A stretch of DNA of 64,000 nt from a virus (lineage: Duplodnaviria; Heunggongvirae; Uroviricota; Caudoviricetes). The stretch covers positions 160,001 to 224,000 of the IMG/VR virus record IMGVR_UViG_3300037067_008064. One strand, given 5' to 3'. Shown one piece after another: positions 37,169 to 48,039 of the stretch (position 1 is the first letter of the stretch; every line of letters starts with the position of its first letter). Below the pieces are notes generated by a model, which had not been told where the DNA came from, did not search any database, and was given only the letters and a program-made list of their open reading frames with translations. Position numbers and translations under genes: made by a program.

Positions 37169-40100
37169 TTATTTTTCTTTGATTTTTATTTGTATATAAT
37201 AATCAAAATCACTATAATTACTATAACTAAATCTTATAAAATAAACCAAATTATTATTAACTAATTTTAATTCTCTTTCAAAATTAGTTCCATTAACTAA
37301 TACATAATCTGCATTATTAATTATTTTGGATTTAATATAAAATTTAATATCTATGTCATTTAAATCATAATCATAATATGAAATAACAGTATCTTTAATA
37401 TAATTTTCAATTATAAAATTACTTGAAATTCCTAGTGGATTATTATTGGTTGATAAATAAGACCAATTATTAACAAAATCATTATTGTTTTTAAAATTAT
37501 TTAAAATAACATTAGTTAAATTTATACTTAGCTGAATTTTTGGTTCATTAAGAGATTTTGTTATGGTAGTAATTGAATTTACATTCCAATTATAGAAATC
37601 AAATGTTAATTCATGTGGTAATTTAATTAATTTAGAACCAAAGAAAGAAGGTCTTTCTGTTGAAGCGTAATACCCTGGAATTAATCCAATACTGTTATCT
37701 TCTAAATAGTAATAATAGTTATCCCATTGTGAACTAAATGGATTAAAATCTTTAAATCTAATACTGTTTCCTTCTGAAGAAGATATTAATGATACTTTAT
37801 TATACCATAATTGAGGGATATAATTATAGGATTTAAGATTTGTGTTTGCATGAACAAAATCTTTTTCAGTTACTTCTATTATATCATTATCTTCATTTGA
37901 ATTAAATTCTAAAATGTTATTAAATTTAGGGGTATAATATCCATTATATGTGTATATGTCATTATAAAATTGTGGAGATAATAATGATATAAATAATGGA
38001 CTAGAATTAAAATTATAATTACTAAGAATTGTTGTTTCACGAATAATATAGAACATTACATTATTACCATTACTTAATAATTTTTCTAATGTAGTATAAT
38101 TACAAGTATTATTTTTATATAAATTATTATTAGAATTAAATTGATATGATAAATTAATTACACGATTACCATAAGAATCTATATTTTTAAGTGGTAAATA
38201 TGATACACGATTTAAAAATGTATTATAAGATTTATTAAAAATAAATACATTATCTTCAACTCTATTTTCACCAAATGGTGTAAAAATATAGCCTAAGCTT
38301 GAATTATAACTAAATGAAAACTGTGATAATTTAGAAGATTCAAGAGTTGAATAATTATTTTCAATGCCAAAAATATTGGTTATCCCTGGAATATAATTAG
38401 CAGTATTAGTATTAAAAGGAGTTTTGATATATGAATATCCTTCAGATGAATCAACATTTGAAGTTAAAAATCCCGTTAAAAAGAATGGGTCCATCCCTCT
38501 TCCATATAATACAGATTTTCCAGATGATTTATCTGAATATCTTTTATTATAATGTAAGATATCATTTCCTTGATACCAAATCATTAAAATAGTTTTGGTG
38601 TTTTCATTTATAATTAATTCAACAGGATGATTTGTAGTTAAATTTTTTGATGGCGTAGATATAAATGAAAATCTATAATTATCATAATTAGAAATATTAA
38701 AATAATTTTTAGTAAAATTAAAAGTAGAAATACTTAAATTTAATCCAAGAAAAATAGTTTTAATTGAGTCACTAATTTTGTCATAATAAACTAAAGAAGA
38801 CCTTGATGTTGTTTTTTCTGTATTATTATTTAAAGTAATTTTTGAAAAAATATCATTATAGGGTTGTTTAAAAATAAGATCTTTTAATTTAATATATTTG
38901 GTAATATTATCTTCAACATAAGGCACACTATCGTTAATATCATAGTATATATAATCTTTCCATTCTCGTTCACCCTGTGAAAGATATTTAAATACAGGGT
39001 ATGAAATTTCTGAATTAAATTGATCTACAGTTGGAATAAAATTAGTATTGCTTCTATCCATCCAATCTTTATTTAATAATAATCTTAATTCATTATTTCT
39101 ACAATCAGTTCCTTGTGCTGCCCATTTTACTATATAAGGTACTGTTAAATTATATTTTAATTTGGTTTTAAAAGTATCTAAATAATATGTTGATATATCT
39201 TCTTCACTAATATATGATTTATAAGATTTAAAATCATGTTCTCCATTTAAAATATTATATTTAATAGTTGTTTTGGATGTTGCACTTATTTTAATAGAAG
39301 AATCAAAAGTATTAAATAAAAAATTTCCATCTGTTACATTATAAGTAACTGATTTAATTCCTAAAGATATGTGCCCGGTTCCAGATGTTATGGATAAAGA
39401 ATATCTATCATATATTATAATTGATTCGCTTGCATCTAAAGTTATTTCATAAGTATCATTATCATTATTTCTTTTATAAAAATATTGACTTTGATATCCT
39501 AAATTTTTATCATATACAGTAAAATCAAAATCTTTAACTGGATTAATGCTCATCAATGAAATAGAAACAGGTAATACACTATATGCATTCCATTGTTTAT
39601 TATTAACTAATTTAATTGGCGCTCCAGTTTTAATTAACAAATTTTTATTAGATTTTGTTGGGTCTAAAACATAATTAAAAGATTCTTTATTTATATTAGT
39701 TGATATATCAAATTCTTTAATTAGTTTAAACCAACTATGTTGTGCTTGATATAAGATATAATCTTGAAATAAAGAACGAGTTTCTTTTAAATCTTTATTA
39801 AGATAACAAGACCCATCAATAGAATATGTATAATTAAGACCTATTTCTATAAAATTAATTAATAAAGATTTTCTATCACCATATAATTCAAAATTAATAG
39901 GGCCATAAGAAGCATCAAAAGATATTATTTCAAAATCATTATCAGATGGATTATATACACTAAAGAAAGATATATCACTATAATTTGCTGCGTTATTAAA
40001 AGAAGATGATGCATCATAAAAAATATCTCTTGTTTGTGATGTTAATCTTTGAAAAATATAATTATCTGTGCTATTTGCATAACTATTTAATACAAGAGAA

Positions 40101-41992
40101 ATAGTGTCATTACTATTTTTGTAAACAGTAAATGGGCATAATTCAAAATCTTTAAATGAATTAAATCCACTAATGATTGCATCGGTTTGATCTTCCTTTG
40201 TACCAGCAACAGAAAAAGCAGTTCTAACTAAATTTGGATATTGTTCAATTGTATATTCAGAATTATAACACCAACTGGTTCCTTTTTCTAATAAACTAGA
40301 ATCTAATCCATAAAGTTCCCAAAGTTTATTTTGAGTTGTATTAATTACTCTTAAATGTTCTCCTTGGTGTAAGTGATTTTCTAATGTAAAAGTTATAAAT
40401 TTTTTAATTGAAACTAATTCTGCATTAACACTAAAAATATTTTTATTTGGTTTATTAATATAATTAGATAAATTAATTGATGCTTCTCCATTAATATAAT
40501 CAAGGTTAGAAAATCTATTTACCTTCCCATCATTATCAATTAATGCAAAAATTCTATTTTTATAATTTGCATTAATATCTTTATTATAAAAAATACTCGA
40601 TTCAAAAAAATTATTAATAACTTTATCATCTAATGATTTAATAGTAACTGAAGCATCAGTTGTATTTTCTTGATAATAAAATATTTTATAAAGTTCGTTT
40701 TCAGATAAATATAATCCAAAATACCTATTCATAGAATAATCTGAAACTTCATTATCAGAAAAAGTAAATTCTAAATTTAATAAATTAGGGCACAAAGAAT
40801 TTAACCCACTAAATTTAGTTGAAATATAATTATTTAATTGTGTATAATTATTTTCATTATGTATTAATTCATTGGTGTATACATTCTTAGGTGCTATAAC
40901 TCCACTATCAACATCAATACCTATCCAACTATTTGGAACTTGATTTGATGTAATATCTTTATCTAATGATAAAAATACAGAACCTTGTTTTTTATTAATT
41001 TCTTCTATATATCTATTTAATAAGATACCAATTGGTGTAACATTCTTTTTAAGTGACCATGATTTAACAATTGAAGAATCAGTTAAAAATCTTTGAAATA
41101 ATATTTCTCCGTTTATATATGTTTCTGTATTATAAGCTCCTGATAGTCTAAATATTACAAAATAATCTGGTAATTTTTTATTTATCCATAATGGAGCTAA
41201 AATAGCATATGAATCACTATATAATTCTTCTTTTAAAAGTCTTGCACCATAAGAATATGTTAGTTCATATTGTTCATCATATTTTCTTTTAGGAGATGTA
41301 ATATCAAAATTTTCTTGATCATTTATTTTAAATAAATCATCCTTAGGCAAATTGTTATTAATTCCGCCTTGCCCATAAACTTTTGATACTTTAATTTCAT
41401 ATCTATCACCAGATGTATTTTCATTATCATTTCCTGGAGATATTTCAACTTTTCTAAATACTTTATTAGATAAGGCATTAGTAACAGGAAAAGTATCTAA
41501 ATATATTTTATTATCACTATTAATAACTAATTTAATATTTCCTGATAATTTAGGATTAGACCTCATTAATAAATATGAAGCAATATTATCTTCTTGTATT
41601 GTGGATGTATTAAAAATATTGATTACATTATTTCTAATTATAAATGGTCTATTAAAAATTGAAACATCTATTTGTTCTGATGTACTTAAATCACTACTAT
41701 CATAAATCTTAAAAGATAAAATAAAATCAAAATCATTTGGTTGAAAAGTAAATAAATGAAATGATGCAATATTATTTACTGAATTTAATTCTAAACATGA
41801 ATTAAGACATGGGTCAGGATACATATAATTAATATCTAATCCATTAATAAATAGAATTTCATTACCAATAGATGAATTAACAAATGGTACTATGTAAGCA
41901 GTACTGCCATCAATATATCTAAAGGATAAAAACGCTTCACTATTCTGTGAAGTTAAAATTATATTTGTACTAAAATCTTTTTGTAAATTCAT
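37169..41992 (-). CDS. Large virion structural protein (baseplate-associated candidate)
   Basis: 1607 aa, N/S/Y/F-rich, in a late operon. Confidence 0.5.
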   Translation of the reverse strand: MNLQKDFSTNIILTSQNSEAFLSFRYIDGSTAYIVPFVNSSIGNEILFINGLDINYMYPDPCLNSCLELNSVNNIASFHLFTFQPNDFDFILSFKIYDSSDLSTSEQIDVSIFNRPFIIRNNVINIFNTSTIQEDNIASYLLMRSNPKLSGNIKLVINSDNKIYLDTFPVTNALSNKVFRKVEISPGNDNENTSGDRYEIKVSKVYGQGGINNNLPKDDLFKINDQENFDITSPKRKYDEQYELTYSYGARLLKEELYSDSYAILAPLWINKKLPDYFVIFRLSGAYNTETYINGEILFQRFLTDSSIVKSWSLKKNVTPIGILLNRYIEEINKKQGSVFLSLDKDITSNQVPNSWIGIDVDSGVIAPKNVYTNELIHNENNYTQLNNYISTKFSGLNSLCPNLLNLEFTFSDNEVSDYSMNRYFGLYLSENELYKIFYYQENTTDASVTIKSLDDKVINNFFESSIFYNKDINANYKNRIFALIDNDGKVNRFSNLDYINGEASINLSNYINKPNKNIFSVNAELVSIKKFITFTLENHLHQGEHLRVINTTQNKLWELYGLDSSLLEKGTSWCYNSEYTIEQYPNLVRTAFSVAGTKEDQTDAIISGFNSFKDFELCPFTVYKNSNDTISLVLNSYANSTDNYIFQRLTSQTRDIFYDASSSFNNAANYSDISFFSVYNPSDNDFEIISFDASYGPINFELYGDRKSLLINFIEIGLNYTYSIDGSCYLNKDLKETRSLFQDYILYQAQHSWFKLIKEFDISTNINKESFNYVLDPTKSNKNLLIKTGAPIKLVNNKQWNAYSVLPVSISLMSINPVKDFDFTVYDKNLGYQSQYFYKRNNDNDTYEITLDASESIIIYDRYSLSITSGTGHISLGIKSVTYNVTDGNFLFNTFDSSIKISATSKTTIKYNILNGEHDFKSYKSYISEEDISTYYLDTFKTKLKYNLTVPYIVKWAAQGTDCRNNELRLLLNKDWMDRSNTNFIPTVDQFNSEISYPVFKYLSQGEREWKDYIYYDINDSVPYVEDNITKYIKLKDLIFKQPYNDIFSKITLNNNTEKTTSRSSLVYYDKISDSIKTIFLGLNLSISTFNFTKNYFNISNYDNYRFSFISTPSKNLTTNHPVELIINENTKTILMIWYQGNDILHYNKRYSDKSSGKSVLYGRGMDPFFLTGFLTSNVDSSEGYSYIKTPFNTNTANYIPGITNIFGIENNYSTLESSKLSQFSFSYNSSLGYIFTPFGENRVEDNVFIFNKSYNTFLNRVSYLPLKNIDSYGNRVINLSYQFNSNNNLYKNNTCNYTTLEKLLSNGNNVMFYIIRETTILSNYNFNSSPLFISLLSPQFYNDIYTYNGYYTPKFNNILEFNSNEDNDIIEVTEKDFVHANTNLKSYNYIPQLWYNKVSLISSSEGNSIRFKDFNPFSSQWDNYYYYLEDNSIGLIPGYYASTERPSFFGSKLIKLPHELTFDFYNWNVNSITTITKSLNEPKIQLSINLTNVILNNFKNNNDFVNNWSYLSTNNNPLGISSNFIIENYIKDTVISYYDYDLNDIDIKFYIKSKIINNADYVLVNGTNFERELKLVNNNLVYFIRFSYSNYSDFDYYIQIKIKEK

Positions 41993-41997
41993 ATATT

Positions 41998-44295
41998 TTA
42001 GGTGTTATTAGTATCATTTGGATTTATTAAAGTTGTAACATCTAAACCACTTTTATCAATCAATCCTTGTAACAGTGTTAATAATGAAATAGTTTTTCTT
42101 GTTGAACTACTAGTTTTTTGAACTGTAATATAGTATTTATTAGCAAAAGAATCGAGTATTTCTTGTAAACTAGTTGATTGTTGTGTTTTAATATTTGCAT
42201 TTGAATCTTTTTCACTTTGATTAAATTCTAAGTTAGAAGATTGGTGTTTAAAATATATTCCATTAGTTGCATTTGGGTTTGGACGCGAATCAGCTAAGTG
42301 AGTATCAACTCCAGCTGAACTTAAAGTTTCTTGTAATTTGATAGCAGTTTCTTCTGCATTAGCACCAGCTAATATTTCATAAAATTGATTTTGCGCTGCT
42401 AGATTACTTGGAAATTCTACAGTGATTACGGTGCTCCAATCCGATTTAATTGGATTTAAAGGCCATCCGGCTTCTGATATAGTTCTAATTCTTATTTGAA
42501 CTTTTTCTCCTTTTTGTATTGGAATATCAATTTGATTAATATTTACATCTTCGCCATTTCCAATATTTTCATTTTGCCATTCATAAATTCCCGTTGTATT
42601 ATTAAAAACTTTTATTTTGATTGGTGTTAAAAATGGATTCCAATCACTAAATACACCAGTTATAGTTTGTCCGGTGCTTGAATCAACATGTGTATGTGTT
42701 GTTAAAGCATTACCAGTTCCATCGTTTCTTATATAACGATGTTGAATTTCAAATTGAATATTTTCCTGTAGTGGTGCTCCATCTGCATTTGTAATTGGCC
42801 CTCCTTCTGGTATTTCAAAAAATCCTCTAATTCTATATTTTGGTTCTACTAAAATTTGTGGATTAGCTTTACTAAAATTAATTAAAGTATTAATTAATGA
42901 TTTATAAGAAATTAATTCATTAGCTAATAATGAAATATTAGTATCAATATCTTTTTGTAATTGTGCTCTAGCGGTTGCTGAAGTTTCAGTTTGCATACGA
43001 GCTCTTGCATCACTGACAATATTTCTATATCTATCAATATTAGATTTAGAAGTTACAATAGATTGTTGTGTTGTAAGAATTTCATCATTATTTTGGGTTG
43101 CATTTAATTGTGTATTAATTTGAACAACATCAAATTGTGTGGAGCTAATAGTTGGTGGTATTGGTTTTGAACCATAATATGCTGGTATAAATCTTTCTCT
43201 TGCAAATCCTTCTAAAATTCTAGAATAATCAGTTACATAAGAAGTATAATAATCAGTTAAATAAATATTGTTACTTCCTTCTAATAATAAATCACTACTG
43301 TAAAAACTAATTGAATTACTCCAATCATTTCCTAATAAATTATAATCATCATTAATGCCCTTTAAAAAAATAATGTTACATTCATTAAAATTAATAGGAA
43401 CATAAATTATTTTAGAATTAAATGGATTTGAAAAATAATGAAAATAATCATTTATAACTGGAATTGAAGTACCAGAATAATTACTAATTCTTATTTGTTT
43501 ATTGGCCGTATCAATAAAAGATATAGTAAAAATTGCATTTGAAAAATTAACTTTATCACTATTTTTGAGTGTATATACCTGTGCATTACTTGTATCTGTT
43601 ACAGGATAATAGTTAATATTATCTAATGTATATAATCTGCCACTTGTGTCTGTTGTAATATTAGTGATTTTAAATTCACCATTATAAGGTAGGGTAAATA
43701 ATGGCAAATCAATTACTTGGTTATCTATAATATATGATTTACCAGATTGATTTAAAAAATTTACCATATCAGTATATGACTTATCTGAATTTGCAATTAT
43801 ATTATCTCTAAACCATTGTGTATTTTCTCCATTTTTATTTGTTATTAAAAACCTTTTTACATTAATTCTATCTGACCTATCATCTATTTTTCCTGTTAAA
43901 TCAAATATAGCTTGCATTTGTGGAAACATTAAATTTTCTAAAAATGTATCGCTTTTTGGAGAGAAAAATGAAGGTGTTACTACATTAATTATTTTGGTTG
44001 GTGATTGAGGAAAAGGAATAGTTTTAATAGTTTGGTTCAACCCATTGGATTGATCTAGTGCTATACCACTTCCATTTAAAAAAGCATTAAGAGTGGTGTT
44101 AACATTCGCTAATGAATTTATCATATATTGATATGATGGATATGTTATTAACATACTAGGATCATTAGATTGAATATTAATAGTAGGACTTGTTGCTGTC
44201 ATACTTTGACTCAACCCATATACTAATAACAAACTATTATTTACGGATTTAATTAAATTTTCTACATTTTGTGAAAAAGAATTTACATTAGGCAT
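41998..44295 (-). CDS. Virion structural protein with central coiled coil
   Basis: 765 aa; first gene after late promoter 44307-44319. Confidence 0.5.
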   Translation of the reverse strand: MPNVNSFSQNVENLIKSVNNSLLLVYGLSQSMTATSPTINIQSNDPSMLITYPSYQYMINSLANVNTTLNAFLNGSGIALDQSNGLNQTIKTIPFPQSPTKIINVVTPSFFSPKSDTFLENLMFPQMQAIFDLTGKIDDRSDRINVKRFLITNKNGENTQWFRDNIIANSDKSYTDMVNFLNQSGKSYIIDNQVIDLPLFTLPYNGEFKITNITTDTSGRLYTLDNINYYPVTDTSNAQVYTLKNSDKVNFSNAIFTISFIDTANKQIRISNYSGTSIPVINDYFHYFSNPFNSKIIYVPINFNECNIIFLKGINDDYNLLGNDWSNSISFYSSDLLLEGSNNIYLTDYYTSYVTDYSRILEGFARERFIPAYYGSKPIPPTISSTQFDVVQINTQLNATQNNDEILTTQQSIVTSKSNIDRYRNIVSDARARMQTETSATARAQLQKDIDTNISLLANELISYKSLINTLINFSKANPQILVEPKYRIRGFFEIPEGGPITNADGAPLQENIQFEIQHRYIRNDGTGNALTTHTHVDSSTGQTITGVFSDWNPFLTPIKIKVFNNTTGIYEWQNENIGNGEDVNINQIDIPIQKGEKVQIRIRTISEAGWPLNPIKSDWSTVITVEFPSNLAAQNQFYEILAGANAEETAIKLQETLSSAGVDTHLADSRPNPNATNGIYFKHQSSNLEFNQSEKDSNANIKTQQSTSLQEILDSFANKYYITVQKTSSSTRKTISLLTLLQGLIDKSGLDVTTLINPNDTNNT

Positions 44296-44306
44296 AATAT
44301 CTTTTT

Positions 44307-44319
44307 TATTTATATATTC
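44307..44319 (-). promoter_or_regulatory. T4-type late promoter
   Basis: GAATATATAAATA upstream of ATG 44295. Confidence 0.7.
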
Positions 44320-44329
44320 AAGTAAAATA

Positions 44330-44367
44330 AAAACACTCCTAAGAGATGATTATCTTAGGAGTGTTTT
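44330..44367 (-). terminator. Rho-independent terminator ending the glycosylation operon
   Basis: 15-bp inverted repeat AAAACACTCCTAAGA / TCTTAGGAGTGTTTT with T-rich tail on minus strand. Confidence 0.8.
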
Positions 44368-44389
44368 CAAATATAAAAGAAATTATAAG

Positions 44390-46438
44390 TTACACTTTAT
44401 TTTTAACATAAGAATCAATTTTTTCAATTACTTGTTGGCCTGTTATAACTTTTGAACATTCAAATTGTTGATCGGTTCCTCTATTTACTGGGCACCAATC
44501 CCAAAGACCTTTATCAAATTCAAATCTAACATCATTAAAGCATCCAGTACAAACATTTTCTTTTGGAAATATTCTAATAGAATCTGACATTTCATTATAT
44601 TCACTTGTACAACCAGATATTAAAACTACTTTTTTTCCTAAAGCCCAAGCAAGCCAAGTTAATCCGGTGCTTATTCCAACAAAAAATTCACAGTTTACAA
44701 TATCGGTTATTCTTTCTTGAATATCAATATCGCCCGTTAAATCAATAATTCCTTTTGGTAAATTATTACCCATGAAACCATTACCTTCTTTTGAAATACA
44801 TAATGTGTTAAATTTAAATTCCTTTTTGACATGATCAACTATTTCTTGCCACCCTGTTTTATTATTCCAATATTTTGATTGTGCTGTTGAATGTGGGGCT
44901 ATACAAATATATGGTTCACGAAATCTTTTAGATGATTTTTTAATGAAAATTTTTGCTTTAATTTCTCCCAATTCAAAGAAATCTAATTCTAAACAATCAC
45001 AGGCAACTTCTTGTAAATTTAATATTCTTGGGTCTGTTTTATTAAGGTCTTTATTTACATCATATACATAACCAATTTTATAAGATGCATAAAAATCTAC
45101 TCCAACATTTACATCTGGTATAACAAATTTTATATCTTTATATTCTTTTTCAAATAATCCATTCCAAAATGTTGCACAATATAATATACAATTATGTTTC
45201 TTTCTAAATTCTTCCGCATAAGGCATCCAAGCTATTGTATCTCCTAATGATTTACTATCTAATAATATATAAACATTTGTATTGGTTAAATCCATTTTAT
45301 GACTAGTTATTAATTCTCCATCTTTATATACATTAGATACCCAGTTAGTATACCACATTCTATTTGCTTTACACCAATGTTGTGGTTTTATAGTAGTATT
45401 ATATATAACTAATCCAGAATCATCATCTATAAATTCAACTTTATATTCATAATTTGATGCGCCCAAAATTTCTACTTTAGGGCCAAAATTAAAAGTTGTT
45501 TCTATTTTATCTATAAATTCTTTTTGTTTTGTAATTTTAGTAGTTTCATATAAATTTATGAGTCTTTCTTTCATAGTTAACTCATCATTTTTAATTTCTT
45601 CATTTAACATTTTTTTAAATTCTTTTGTGTTAACATTACTATCATAATATAATTGTAGTGGTATACTTATTTCTTTTTCTTTTTCTTTTTGATCTTTATA
45701 ATGTCCTCCAACTAATTCTTGATTTTCAGGTAATTTATTTAAAACCTGTTGTGCAATTGGTAAAATTTCTTTTTCAATATAAACATTATATTCTTCTTTA
45801 TAATCTATATTTAAAATATCACATGTAACCTGCGCATCGTTTAAATCTTTCCAATTAGTTTTATTTCTAAATGAATCATAATAATAAGCAACATCAGCTA
45901 CTTGAGGATATGAAAATTCAAATATACCAAATTTTTTAGTTGAAAAATCTTCTATATTATATTTACCAATATGATATGATGCATAAAAATCTATATTATC
46001 TGGAAAATTAATTTTATTTATTAAATCTGGAAACTCTTTTTTAATTGTAGAATTTAATACATTATGATTTTGATTTAAATTTATAAACCCAATACATTTA
46101 TGTTTTTTAACAAAATCATTAATTATAATAAGAGAATTTAATATTGAATTATATTCTGAAAAATCAATTTCAAAATAAACATTTTTACTTTGTAAATTAA
46201 AATAATGACAATCAACTAATTTAAGTTCATTTTCTTTAATTTTATAGATATTTATCACCCATTTTGTATACCATTCACGAAATGGTGTATATGTGCACAT
46301 ATCTTTTACTATCGCAGAATGCATTAATTTGTGTTCTCCTGCGTCTGAGTGTTCTAAGAATTCACATAAATAGGAATCACCATCTCCAAATTGAATATCA
46401 ACAGTGGGGCCAAAATTAAATTTATATGTTACTGCCAT
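44390..46438 (-). CDS. Autotransporter O-heptosyltransferase-like protein (TibC/Aah family, GT-B)
   Basis: DSKSLGDTIAWMPY, STAQSKYWNNKTGW, FFVGISTGLTWLAWA...VVLISG, four-Cys motif CTGC...WCP...FEC; N-terminal domain duplicated. Confidence 0.8.
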   Translation of the reverse strand: MAVTYKFNFGPTVDIQFGDGDSYLCEFLEHSDAGEHKLMHSAIVKDMCTYTPFREWYTKWVINIYKIKENELKLVDCHYFNLQSKNVYFEIDFSEYNSILNSLIIINDFVKKHKCIGFINLNQNHNVLNSTIKKEFPDLINKINFPDNIDFYASYHIGKYNIEDFSTKKFGIFEFSYPQVADVAYYYDSFRNKTNWKDLNDAQVTCDILNIDYKEEYNVYIEKEILPIAQQVLNKLPENQELVGGHYKDQKEKEKEISIPLQLYYDSNVNTKEFKKMLNEEIKNDELTMKERLINLYETTKITKQKEFIDKIETTFNFGPKVEILGASNYEYKVEFIDDDSGLVIYNTTIKPQHWCKANRMWYTNWVSNVYKDGELITSHKMDLTNTNVYILLDSKSLGDTIAWMPYAEEFRKKHNCILYCATFWNGLFEKEYKDIKFVIPDVNVGVDFYASYKIGYVYDVNKDLNKTDPRILNLQEVACDCLELDFFELGEIKAKIFIKKSSKRFREPYICIAPHSTAQSKYWNNKTGWQEIVDHVKKEFKFNTLCISKEGNGFMGNNLPKGIIDLTGDIDIQERITDIVNCEFFVGISTGLTWLAWALGKKVVLISGCTSEYNEMSDSIRIFPKENVCTGCFNDVRFEFDKGLWDWCPVNRGTDQQFECSKVITGQQVIEKIDSYVKNKV

Positions 46439-48038
46439 TTTTAATATATGTTTTATCGTTAATAACTAAAATATCTATAGTATTATCCATTAAATATTTT
46501 AAAGCTTTTTCTGGATTTTCTAATATAGGTTCGCCATGTCCATTAAATGATGTGTTCAAAAGAACTGGAATACCAGAAATTAAATTATATTCTTGCAAAA
46601 TATTAAAGAATTTACTGCCATTCATTTTAGTTACAATTTGTGGTCTGGCAGTATGATCAATATCGTGAACCACTGCCGGTATTCTATCTATCCATTCTTT
46701 TCTTGTGTCATAACAAATAGTCATAAACTCAGCAGTATATAAAGATTTAGTACATTCAAATGGAATATTTTCATAATCCCCTAAAACAATAGGTGCAAAT
46801 GGCATTATTTCATGTCTTTTTAATCTTTTATTTAATTCTTCATGCATCCATAAATCTGTTGCTCTTGTTAATATACTTCTTGAACCAAGAGCTCTTGGGC
46901 CATATTCTATTTTCCCATCAAATATTCCTATTATTTTTCCTTCATTTAAATACGTTGCTATATGTTGAGGATGATAAGCAGAAATTTTTACATTGTTATT
47001 AACAAATTCTTCAAGTTCTGAATTAGTATGAAAAATTATATTAGCAATTTCATCATCAGAATATTCAGTTCCTAAAAAAACATTATCAAAAGCATGTATT
47101 TTATATTCACCTAATTCAACCGCTTTAATTATTGCAGCACCTAATGCTAAACCATCATCTCCCATCGGTGGGTATACATAAATTTCATCTACCCAAGGTA
47201 TTTCATTTATATGTTTATTCATTTTAACATTTGCAAATATTCCACCCGCTAAAGCTAGTTTATTATATTCAGAATATTTTTTTAATAAATCTTTAATGTA
47301 TTGAATTACACAGTTTTCTGTTAAAGCTTGAAGAGTTGCAGCAATATTTTTTCTTTTCTTTTCATCAGTAAAATAATCTAATTTTTTTAAATAATCACAA
47401 ACAAAAATAGTTCTTGTAGTAGTTGCTGGGTTTAAAAATTTAAGATTTTTATAATCTACACAACTTGAAAATAATTTAAGAACCATTTTATCTATTTTTC
47501 CGTGCCCTGCCATACCCATTATTTTTCCTTCATCCTTTAACATTTTCCAACCCATAGCTTCGGTAACTTGCATCCATAATTGTCCTAATGAACCACTGGT
47601 TTGTATTGGCAAAGAGTGTACTTCTTCTATTTTATTTTGATAACCAAGATATACTTTTCCATAATGAAATTGCCCACCGCCGTCTAAAGTTATTATTAAT
47701 ACCTTATCATCATATTTATAATTTGATGTATAATAAGCTCCAGCTGCATGACAATGATGGTGACTATAAAAATCACTATGTTTAATTTCATTTTTAATTG
47801 ATTCTATATAAATTCTTGGGTGTGGTTCACACCAACAAACATAATCAAAATCAGAAATGCCAATATTATATTTAGTATATAATTTTTCAAGTGACATAAT
47901 TGGTTTAGCACCAAAATCAAATATTGATTTAATACCCTTTGTTTTTTCTTCTTCTAAGCAAAATTCAATTTTACCATCATTAATAAATGCAATATTTGCA
48001 TTATGTGTTCCTCCAAATATCCCTAATATTTTACTCAT
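46422..48038 (-). CDS. Carbamoyltransferase (NodU/CmcH family)
   Basis: HHHCHAAGAYY, TLDGGG, EGKIMGMA, AGGIFANV, EYGPRALGSRS, MPFAP, LLNTSFNGHGEPI. Confidence 0.9.
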   Translation of the reverse strand: MSKILGIFGGTHNANIAFINDGKIEFCLEEEKTKGIKSIFDFGAKPIMSLEKLYTKYNIGISDFDYVCWCEPHPRIYIESIKNEIKHSDFYSHHHCHAAGAYYTSNYKYDDKVLIITLDGGGQFHYGKVYLGYQNKIEEVHSLPIQTSGSLGQLWMQVTEAMGWKMLKDEGKIMGMAGHGKIDKMVLKLFSSCVDYKNLKFLNPATTTRTIFVCDYLKKLDYFTDEKKRKNIAATLQALTENCVIQYIKDLLKKYSEYNKLALAGGIFANVKMNKHINEIPWVDEIYVYPPMGDDGLALGAAIIKAVELGEYKIHAFDNVFLGTEYSDDEIANIIFHTNSELEEFVNNNVKISAYHPQHIATYLNEGKIIGIFDGKIEYGPRALGSRSILTRATDLWMHEELNKRLKRHEIMPFAPIVLGDYENIPFECTKSLYTAEFMTICYDTRKEWIDRIPAVVHDIDHTARPQIVTKMNGSKFFNILQEYNLISGIPVLLNTSFNGHGEPILENPEKALKYLMDNTIDILVINDKTYIKNGSNI

Positions 48039-48039
48039 A

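Noticed and set aside
46422-48038. Carbamoyltransferase as a DNA hypermodification enzyme
   Set aside because: No dCMP hydroxymethylase or thymidylate synthase homologue nearby; context is protein/glycan transferases. Disfavoured, not excluded
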